From: a virus
Taxonomy: Duplodnaviria; Caudoviricetes
Virus record (IMG/VR): IMGVR_UViG_3300011335_000457
Coordinates: 16,537-80,536 of that record
Reading direction: 5' to 3' (one strand)
DNA length: 64,000 nt
In this document: positions 1 to 6,653 of the stretch, one piece after another
Position numbering within the stretch: the first letter of the stretch is position 1
Layout of the letters: each line of letters opens with the position of its first letter
Made by a program: the position numbers and the translations under genes
Notes under the pieces: model-generated
What the model saw: the letters and a program-made list of their open reading frames with translations, nothing else
Database searches by the model: none
What the model was told of the DNA's origin: nothing

Positions 1-394
1 TTTTATACGGAGACAATGGTAATACTCCACTTTTTTCATCATAGACATGTACATGGTTATTACAAGTGAATGTTACAACTAGTTCACTTCCTAATATTTT
101 CTTTACTGTTGTTGTTTTAACATCTTGATTTAAACAATGAGCATACTTATTTAAGTTATCAAATGTTGCTCCTGATTCAGTCATAATATAATTATGCTGA
201 GTAGTAACTAAAGCTAATACTCCAGTTGAATCTCCAGTAACAAAAGCAAAGATATTTTCATCATCCCTACCATTCATCTCTAAATATTCATTAAACTCTT
301 TTTCACTTTCCCTTGTTACTAAAGTGTAACCCTTTCCTAGGCTAATATTCATCTCATACTTGCCCTTTTTACTGATTTTTCTTAATGTATACAT
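1..394 (-). CDS. Hypothetical protein, runs off the window edge (MYTLRKISKKG...)
   Basis: Manual translation: ATG at 394, open frame to position 1; not in the ORF track because it has no stop in the window. Confidence 0.6.
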   Translation of the reverse strand, partial: MYTLRKISKKGKYEMNISLGKGYTLVTRESEKEFNEYLEMNGRDDENIFAFVTGDSTGVLALVTTQHNYIMTESGATFDNLNKYAHCLNQDVKTTTVKKILGSELVVTFTCNNHVHVYDEKSGVLPLSPYK

Positions 395-430
395 ATATAT
401 ATTTATTTATTTGTGTGATTAGATACAGAA

Positions 431-790
431 TCACACTGACTGTTTTTTCTTTAATTTAATTTTAATACATTCATTGTACAGATACTCAATTAGATAAGCA
501 AATGGTTCATGGTTTTTACTTGTAAACTCTACACCAAAATACTCTAATATTCTGTGTGTAGCATGAAACAACTCATGAACCAATATGCCTAATTTAGAAT
601 CTTGAAGATCAATACATAACCACCAATTTGCAGATTTACTTTCATGATTCCAAAATAAGCAGGCCTCTGAATCATCATCTTCATTGTAATCATCACCTTT
701 AATTTCCATTAGTGCTTCTTTGGTATCTTTACAGTCTACCAGATGAAGAGTACCATTGTATATTGGTATTGGTATTATGTACTTGGTCAT
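431..790 (-). CDS. Small HExxH zincin-like metallopeptidase-domain protein
   Basis: HELFH motif followed by HEPFAY (candidate third ligand). Confidence 0.55.
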   Translation of the reverse strand: MTKYIIPIPIYNGTLHLVDCKDTKEALMEIKGDDYNEDDDSEACLFWNHESKSANWWLCIDLQDSKLGILVHELFHATHRILEYFGVEFTSKNHEPFAYLIEYLYNECIKIKLKKKQSV

Positions 791-799
791 AGTTTTAAT

Positions 800-1015
800 T
801 TAATAATTATTATTCCTCATATCTCTTATTTTAGCTATGAGAGCTTCATTATAATGTGTAAAGAAGTTTGGGTCTAGTATTTTAGACACAATTTTACGCT
901 TTCTCTTTGGTTTAACACAACTTCTACAACCAGTTTTAATGATCTCATCATTTTGGTCCCTGATTTCAACATTAAAGTCAAAACCAAGGACTGATGTCAT
1001 TAGTTTAGAATCCAT
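800..1015 (-). CDS. Hypothetical protein
   Basis: ORF overlapping its neighbour in the co-oriented early cluster. Confidence 0.55.
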   Translation of the reverse strand: MDSKLMTSVLGFDFNVEIRDQNDEIIKTGCRSCVKPKRKRKIVSKILDPNFFTHYNEALIAKIRDMRNNNY

Positions 1016-1322
1016 ACTTAGTCAATTTTCTAAGTGTTTCTTCCAAACTATTTAATTCCCGGAGCTTGTTATAAATCTGCATAGATATCACAACTTCATT
1101 TATGTGATTACATTCTTGAAGTATATCATCCATAGCAGAAGTAAGCTTAGTATTCTTTTCATATGCTCTATCACATATTCTTCTAAGTTCATCCATTCTC
1201 TCTTCATTAATACCTAGTACCACATGAGTTGAGTCTGATGTCTCATCAACTATGCAAAGCTTGAACTTGTCTTGCTTTACATAAACTTTCTTTTTCTTGA
1301 ACATTTTTCCTAACCAGTTCAT
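1005..1322 (-). CDS. Hypothetical protein
   Basis: 105 aa ORF with AT-rich leader. Confidence 0.6.
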   Translation of the reverse strand: MNWLGKMFKKKKVYVKQDKFKLCIVDETSDSTHVVLGINEERMDELRRICDRAYEKNTKLTSAMDDILQECNHINEVVISMQIYNKLRELNSLEETLRKLTKYGF

Positions 1323-1434
1323 AATTATAAGTTTTAATTAATAAAAAATGCTTGTCTTTCCAAGCTGTCACCCACTTATAAGCCTCTAGGTTATTGTTCC
1401 TGTCAGGGTAAGGCAACTAGTTGCATTGCAACTG

Positions 1435-1520
1435 TAGTCAGGACAGGATTCGAACCTGTGACCTCTGAAAATCCTGATTGGTTACAGCATATCATGCTCT
1501 GACCTCTGAGCTACCTGACT
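1435..1520 (-). tRNA. tRNA-Tyr(GUA)-like gene, long variable arm, no encoded CCA
   Basis: Minus strand: acceptor AGTCAGG/CCTGACT plus discriminator A; D arm GCTC/GAGC; T arm ACAGG-TTCGAAT-CCTGT; loop CT-GTA-AC; anticodon stem pairs only with a bulged A. Confidence 0.7.
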
Positions 1521-1623
1521 ATGTTGAGGATGAGAAGTCCTCTGTGTTCTGTACAGGTATTACATGCATTACTGCAATCAGCTTAGTACATTCTTTATCC
1601 TTTCTCAAGGGAAAACACATGTT

Positions 1624-1899
1624 TTAATATTCTCTGCCTAATGCAACCCAGTCCGCGTCTTCTAAAATCCACATTTCATCTATATAGCCTAGATCATTAA
1701 GAGTATACATAGTATTGTAGAACTCTACTACTATGATACCATCTTTTCTTTTAACTACTTCTACCAATACATCATTGGTGAGTTCTATTACATTCTTCAC
1801 AAACTTTCTCTCACTCTTTGTGAGACTCTTTGGTAACTCAACTTGTGAGTAACTTGTTCCGGCAAATATTAATGCCACAATCATAAATAACTTTTTCAT
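1624..1899 (-). CDS. Exported protein with Sec-type signal peptide
   Basis: N-terminus MKKLFMIVALIFAGTSYSQ. Confidence 0.6.
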   Translation of the reverse strand: MKKLFMIVALIFAGTSYSQVELPKSLTKSERKFVKNVIELTNDVLVEVVKRKDGIIVVEFYNTMYTLNDLGYIDEMWILEDADWVALGREY

Positions 1900-1911
1900 A
1901 CTTTTAATTTT

Positions 1912-2157
1912 TTAATAAGGTTTAGCAACATATGCATACACAAACAATCCTAATGATACTACTACAAATGCAACAAGTGCTAAATGAAATGGTAACATTC
2001 TTGATTCAAAGTCTAGTTCATCTATAAGATTCACAATTTCAAACTCTAGTTCTGCTCTTCTCTTCTTGTAGTAAACCTCACTAGGTTCATCTAAATGCAA
2101 GTCATACAGCTCCTGCTGTGCTTCTTTTAGTTTTTTTCTTAATTTCTTTACTTTCAT
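1912..2157 (-). CDS. Coiled-coil protein with C-terminal transmembrane helix
   Basis: Charged helical N-terminus; hydrophobic LALVAFVVVSLGLFVYAYV. Confidence 0.6.
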   Translation of the reverse strand: MKVKKLRKKLKEAQQELYDLHLDEPSEVYYKKRRAELEFEIVNLIDELDFESRMLPFHLALVAFVVVSLGLFVYAYVAKPY

Positions 2158-2177
2158 ACACTTAATTTTTTGACAAT

Positions 2178-2207
2178 AAAAAAGGAGCCAAGTATAACTC
2201 AGCTCCT
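2178..2207 (-). terminator. Intrinsic terminator
   Basis: Minus strand AGGAGC...GCTCCT followed by a T-tract. Confidence 0.6.
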
Positions 2208-2229
2208 GTAACTTTGTAGTACTACTGTA

Positions 2230-2364
2230 CTAAATTCTTGATTCTGTCTCTACCTGACCGTAGGCTGGACATGTGGCTTTCTTAGTTGTACTACAACTAG
2301 CAAATAATATTGCTACTGTAGTAACTACTGTAAACCATAGAATAATAACTGCGGATGTTTTCAT
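2230..2364 (-). CDS. 44-aa predicted lipoprotein (MKTSAVIILWFTVVTTVAILFASC-STTKKATCPAYG...)
   Basis: Manual translation; hydrophobic helix, lipobox FASC, second Cys in CPAY. Confidence 0.6.
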   Translation of the reverse strand: MKTSAVIILWFTVVTTVAILFASCSTTKKATCPAYGQVETESRI

Positions 2365-2380
2365 ACTCTAATTTAGTTAA

Positions 2381-2611
2381 TTAGTAGATATTATCAAAAT
2401 CCGCAGGAGTATATTCTATCTCCTGTTTGTACTCTTTGAGTAACCATTGCTTATCACTTAACTCCATAGAGAATAAATGTAATTTTTGAGAATCTGTCAT
2501 TGGTATACCATAGTATAACTCTGCAGAAACTAATAGCTCTCTGTCAATTTGAGAACTAAAGTGGTTTAGAGTATCTGTATACTCTCTGTTGTTAATCATA
2601 GTTGCATTCAT
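2381..2611 (-). CDS. Hypothetical protein
   Basis: ORF in the early cluster. Confidence 0.55.
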   Translation of the reverse strand: MNATMINNREYTDTLNHFSSQIDRELLVSAELYYGIPMTDSQKLHLFSMELSDKQWLLKEYKQEIEYTPADFDNIY

Positions 2612-2643
2612 ATTTATTTGTTTTTAAAAGTTACTAATTAAAT

Positions 2644-2950
2644 AATGCACCAGTTATAAGATTACGTTCACTACCTCAATAGGTTTCCTCTTACAACTAG
2701 TGGTGCATTTACCCCTCTGCACTCAGTTGTAAGACTGTATTCTGCTACAGTAAACTTACATTACAACTGCTCACCCTTGGGAAGTGAGAATGGTGCATTA
2801 GTACCTAACAGATAGGTATCTTTTCTGTTAGGATTAGTACTTTGCTGATACAGCTCCCTCTTCAGGGTGAAAATAATTAGACTATACTGACCTCTGTATA
2901 GAATATAGAGCCTCACATGATGCGTCCATCACACTACAATCTCTACACAA
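2644..2950 (-). ncRNA. Candidate structured non-coding RNA(s)
   Basis: ORF-free; several inverted repeats (2644-2652/2701-2709, 2724-2732/2761-2769, 2804-2812/2824-2832). Confidence 0.4.
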
Positions 2951-2961
2951 ATTTTGTACTC

Positions 2962-3444
2962 TCACAAGTTAATGTGAGACCATTTTCTTTTATATTTAAT
3001 ATCACATATAACAGATTTAGAAATGTTGAATTTATCAGCAATTTCTTTATTCCTTATATTTTGTGATAATAATTCTTTTATTTGAATTACATCAGATTCA
3101 GTAAGTTTAGACCTACCATTTTTTGATCCTGAATAATCAGATAAACCAGTAAAAAAACTGTGTACAATATTAGTACTAGTATTAACCCATTCTAAGTTGG
3201 AAACACTATTGTTTAACTTATTACCATCAATATGGTTTACTTGTAACAACTTAGATGGATTAGGAATATATTGTTCTGCAACTAATCTATGAACAAGATA
3301 AGTTTTTCTAAATCCTTTGTGGCTTAATGTAATATGAGCATAACCCTTTTTACATATAGAATGTTTTCTGCAGTTACCTGTTGCATTATAAATTATTCCT
3401 TCTGGAGTAATTTTGTATGCTGTATTTATTTTAAGTGTTTCCAT
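2962..3444 (-). CDS. HNH homing endonuclease with C-terminal HTH (likely start 3444, METLKIN)
   Basis: HRLVAEQYIPN, VNHIDGNKLNNSVSNLEWV, C-terminal HTH (EIADKFNISKSVICDIK); the upstream extension to 3525 overlaps an RNA stem and terminator. Confidence 0.85.
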   Translation of the reverse strand: METLKINTAYKITPEGIIYNATGNCRKHSICKKGYAHITLSHKGFRKTYLVHRLVAEQYIPNPSKLLQVNHIDGNKLNNSVSNLEWVNTSTNIVHSFFTGLSDYSGSKNGRSKLTESDVIQIKELLSQNIRNKEIADKFNISKSVICDIKYKRKWSHINL

Positions 3445-3487
3445 ATGTAAAGATAGTAAAGTACTCTCACAGTTGCAACTATTTAAT

Positions 3488-3630
3488 AAAAAACTCTCAT
3501 CCAAATATTGGATACTCAAATTCATGAGTACAAGGTTGCAATCCTTAATTGCTCAGTGTTCCTCCTTCGTGCATATGACTAATGGTAGTATGATACTGAG
3601 GTTATATCTTTATCCTGCTTGGATGAGAGT
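3488..3630 (-). ncRNA. Candidate ~140-nt structured RNA closed by a 12-bp stem
   Basis: Perfect inverted repeat 3493-3504/3619-3630, internal hairpins, U-tract on the minus strand. Confidence 0.5.
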
Positions 3631-3636
3631 AATTGA

Positions 3637-4008
3637 TTATAGTAATGACATAAATGCATTAGCAGTCATTACTTTTGTTTTTGGTTGTAGTTTGTCAAAT
3701 AATCTTACAGTATGTACAGACCATTTGATACTTAAGTTTTTGTAGCACCATAGCATATAATCCGGATGCTTACTGATTGCTTCTTCTATAGTAAGAGATA
3801 TAATATGTGGCTTATTACTAAACCAACAGTTATCCCAAGGTCTAGATCTTCTTCTAGTACCGTACTCACCAGTGTCATGTGGCTTATCATAGACTTTTTT
3901 ATTTTCTGGTCTATGAGATTGTTTATATAAATATAACTGTCTTTCTTGTTGAGTCATACTCCATACATTACCTTCTTGGATGGCTTGGCTAATTGAATTC
4001 ATAATCAT
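3637..4008 (-). CDS. Hypothetical protein; the HPDYMLW segment resembles exonuclease X/DUF3820-like C-terminal domains
   Basis: ORF; motif recognised by eye only. Confidence 0.5.
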   Translation of the reverse strand: MIMNSISQAIQEGNVWSMTQQERQLYLYKQSHRPENKKVYDKPHDTGEYGTRRRSRPWDNCWFSNKPHIISLTIEEAISKHPDYMLWCYKNLSIKWSVHTVRLFDKLQPKTKVMTANAFMSLL

Positions 4009-4417
4009 AATTTTTAATTAGGTTAATAATCATATATAGTGGACGGAAACTAAATTCCGGAAGCAATTACTGTGCTACTCTATTTATTGTACTATATAGT
4101 ATATAAGAGTATAGTGTAAGGTATTGACTAAGGAGTGTACTAAGGCTGTGTTAGCTATATACATTATAATAATAAGTGCTAGCAAGGATTGTAGCACTAC
4201 ACGGTAGTCAATGGTTTAGTGGAGAGTTTAATACTTCCCACCACTTTATCACACACATTATTGTACACAATTTATGTTTCACTCCTAGGTTGAGTATGAA
4301 CATAGTGTAAACTTTAAGAGCAATACACCCCAACAGTCTAAAGCTGTACAAAAAAGAAGCCGAAGGCCTATTAAAAAATATAACCCACACATAATGTGCG
4401 GGCTATATCTCAGTGGC

Positions 4418-4732
4418 TTAGAACAATGGTTCTTCAGCTAGGGTGTTTTCTGCAACACCAAACATTGCACCAAGGTTTGCAACACTAGCAATGTTAGCAG
4501 ATGGTCCATTAAGTACGGTTAACCAGATGGTATCACCGTCAACTTGTCCATCAATAGTATATTCACTACCAAGCTCAACACCATATTGGTAACTCTTTTC
4601 CCAAATCTTGGCAATATAGTTATTACCGTCAGACATTCTTACCGTACAAGTGCGGTATTGAGTTCCATTGCTGTTAGCCTTAATGGTGTTGCTAACTGAT
4701 ACCAAAAATCCTTGAACTTTTTTGTTTTCCAT
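4418..4732 (-). CDS. Putative small OB-fold ssDNA-binding protein
   Basis: Beta-rich 104 aa with aromatic residues and acidic C-terminal tail EEPLF. Confidence 0.45.
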   Translation of the reverse strand: MENKKVQGFLVSVSNTIKANSNGTQYRTCTVRMSDGNNYIAKIWEKSYQYGVELGSEYTIDGQVDGDTIWLTVLNGPSANIASVANLGAMFGVAENTLAEEPLF

Positions 4733-4818
4733 TTTCTTTTGTTTTTAATGGGTTAATAATACAATCCCTAGAAGTATAAAGCTGTATAAAAAAAGAAGTG
4801 CGAAGCACTAAATAAAAA

Positions 4819-4834
4819 AGGGGATTACTCCCCT
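4819..4834 (-). terminator. Repeated terminator hairpin AGGGGAGTAATCCCCT plus T-tract (also 5335-5350, 5686-5705, 5953-5970)
   Basis: Near-identical GGGGA/TCCCC hairpins followed by T-runs on the minus strand. Confidence 0.8.
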
Positions 4835-5286
4835 CTGTTATTCCACCTGCCACCAGCATGGCATTTGTAGTCATTGTAGTCAGCATAACTGTCATCTATA
4901 GAGTCTCTAGTTCTATAGGCAAATGAATACTCAAAGGCTTTAGTTACTGTGTAGATACCTTGTTTAGAGTGCAAGTGAATTTTATCACCTACACTTAACA
5001 AAGGTTGTTTAGGAGTGTAAAGCTTAATCAGCTCTTGCTGTTCTCCCTTACAGTCTTCTTCATACATCCTAGTGAGTTCAAGTTGATACTCTTCTTCAGC
5101 TATTCTATCATAATGTTCATCATGAAGTCTTTGCAATTCATCCTGGTCATACTGTTCATTATAGTCATAATAATCATGCTCAGGACGGTTATAGTCTTCA
5201 TTATAATTATTATAAGCTTGGTTATAACCTTCAGTAATAATAGCTTGATAAGTTTTAGGGAATAAGAGTTTAATTAATTTTTTCAT
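4825..5286 (-). CDS. Hypothetical acidic, Tyr-rich protein
   Basis: ORF within a promoter/terminator cassette. Confidence 0.65.
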   Translation of the reverse strand: MKKLIKLLFPKTYQAIITEGYNQAYNNYNEDYNRPEHDYYDYNEQYDQDELQRLHDEHYDRIAEEEYQLELTRMYEEDCKGEQQELIKLYTPKQPLLSVGDKIHLHSKQGIYTVTKAFEYSFAYRTRDSIDDSYADYNDYKCHAGGRWNNRGE

Positions 5287-5340
5287 TGTATATAATTTTA
5301 AAGTTTAACATAAGTAAAAAGCTGTATAAAAAAAAGGGGA

Positions 5341-5637
5341 TTACTCCCCTCCTGACATATGAATATCATCAGCATAATAACCATTAGGTGTTTTAAGAAT
5401 CACCCAAAAGGTATAGTCTTGTTTAAGACAAGCCTCCTTGTAGTTATTCATTAACTTACTATCCCAATGGTTAATAAAGTAATCTGCTTGCTCATTTGTG
5501 GCAAACACTAATACTCTTTCTCTTTCAGCAAAGGGACTATGGTTTCTGTAATGGTCTGCTTTACCATTCTGAATACTTATCCAAATACCTCCTTTAGGTA
5601 ATTCATCAAAGTTACTAATTTGTTTTATGAAGTCCAT
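5341..5637 (-). CDS. Hypothetical protein
   Basis: ORF within a cassette. Confidence 0.65.
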   Translation of the reverse strand: MDFIKQISNFDELPKGGIWISIQNGKADHYRNHSPFAERERVLVFATNEQADYFINHWDSKLMNNYKEACLKQDYTFWVILKTPNGYYADDIHMSGGE

Positions 5638-5693
5638 AATATAAAGATTTAAAGTTAATACTAGTAATAAGCTGTATAATACACAAAGGGGAA

Positions 5694-5912
5694 TTACTCC
5701 CCCTTATCTGCATCTGTAACTTTGTCTTCCAAAGTCTCATCATACTCAAATGTTCCGGTCTCTATATACTCTATGATCTCTGCCTTATAGGCATAATCAA
5801 CTACTTTCCCATCTGGGAAGAATAGAGCATAAGTGTCTCTTCCATCAACATCCTGTTGGTATACTACTGTTCCAGTAATAAAGTACCAAATAAAAATAAT
5901 CTGTGCTATCAT
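5694..5912 (-). CDS. Hypothetical protein with hydrophobic N-terminus
   Basis: ORF within a cassette; MIAQIIFIWYFITG. Confidence 0.65.
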   Translation of the reverse strand: MIAQIIFIWYFITGTVVYQQDVDGRDTYALFFPDGKVVDYAYKAEIIEYIETGTFEYDETLEDKVTDADKGE

Positions 5913-5968
5913 ATATATAATTTAAAATTAGTACAAAGCTGTATTAAAGTAAAAGGGGATTTCTCCCC

Positions 5969-6253
5969 TTAATACTCTGGATTTTCATAAGCATCTAACA
6001 TGTTACTCAATGCAATTCTCATGAATTTGTCATTGTCTTGTTTAACCATATCTTTAAAATCCAAATGGTCAGCAAGTTGTTTTCTAAAATGCTTTAACCA
6101 TTTTCCATCACTCATTGTAGTATAAGCATGATTAGGAAGATTTATTCTCATATCCAGCATCCAGAGAATTCTGTGCACTGTGTCTGTATCTAATAGTCCA
6201 AACCTTTTTATTACATCCTGTGTGATTTCTGATTCATCAATTCTTGTTTCCAT
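5969..6253 (-). CDS. Hypothetical protein
   Basis: ORF within a cassette. Confidence 0.65.
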   Translation of the reverse strand: METRIDESEITQDVIKRFGLLDTDTVHRILWMLDMRINLPNHAYTTMSDGKWLKHFRKQLADHLDFKDMVKQDNDKFMRIALSNMLDAYENPEY

Positions 6254-6333
6254 AATATATAATTTAATTTAAGATTAGTAATAAGCTGTATATTAAATAG
6301 TTAAAGTGCCACACTTATAGTGACACTTTAATA

Positions 6334-6402
6334 TTAAGCATTTGGGTTTAATACCCATTCTTTAACAGTAACAATACCGTTAATAATAACATAACTGATC
6401 AT
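6334..6402 (-). CDS. 22-aa micro-ORF (MISYVIINGIVTVKEWVLNPNA)
   Basis: Manual translation; promoter motif at 6434 lies 32 nt upstream and a hairpin lies at 6302-6329. Confidence 0.5.
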   Translation of the reverse strand: MISYVIINGIVTVKEWVLNPNA

Positions 6403-6464
6403 GGCTTTAAGTTTTAAGATTAATAATAGTAAAGAGCTGTATAACTACAGAGAAAGAGAAGCCT

Positions 6465-6653
6465 TTATAGCTTCCCTTGTCTCCATTCATTGTGTAGAGT
6501 TCTTGCAATCATAAACATTGCAAATCCTGCTAAACCTAGTATGAATGCATTAGCATACTCATGGGAAAATGCAACATGATATACAACACTAACAACACTC
6601 ATGATAACACACATATAACATGCTACCATATTAAATAAGGCAAATACTTTCAT
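6465..6653 (-). CDS. Two-helix membrane protein (likely start 6653, MKVFALF)
   Basis: Promoter motif at 6685 lies 32 nt upstream of this ATG; two hydrophobic segments. Confidence 0.6.
   Translation of the reverse strand: MKVFALFNMVACYMCVIMSVVSVVYHVAFSHEYANAFILGLAGFAMFMIARTLHNEWRQGKL

Noticed and set aside
1346-1434. Theta/HDV-like ribozyme downstream of the tRNA
   Set aside because: The nested double-pseudoknot pattern could not be built by eye
2640-3636. Group I intron surrounding the HNH gene
   Set aside because: No split exon on either side and no recognisable catalytic core (P7/J8-7); a U-tract terminator lies between the RNA stem and the HNH start
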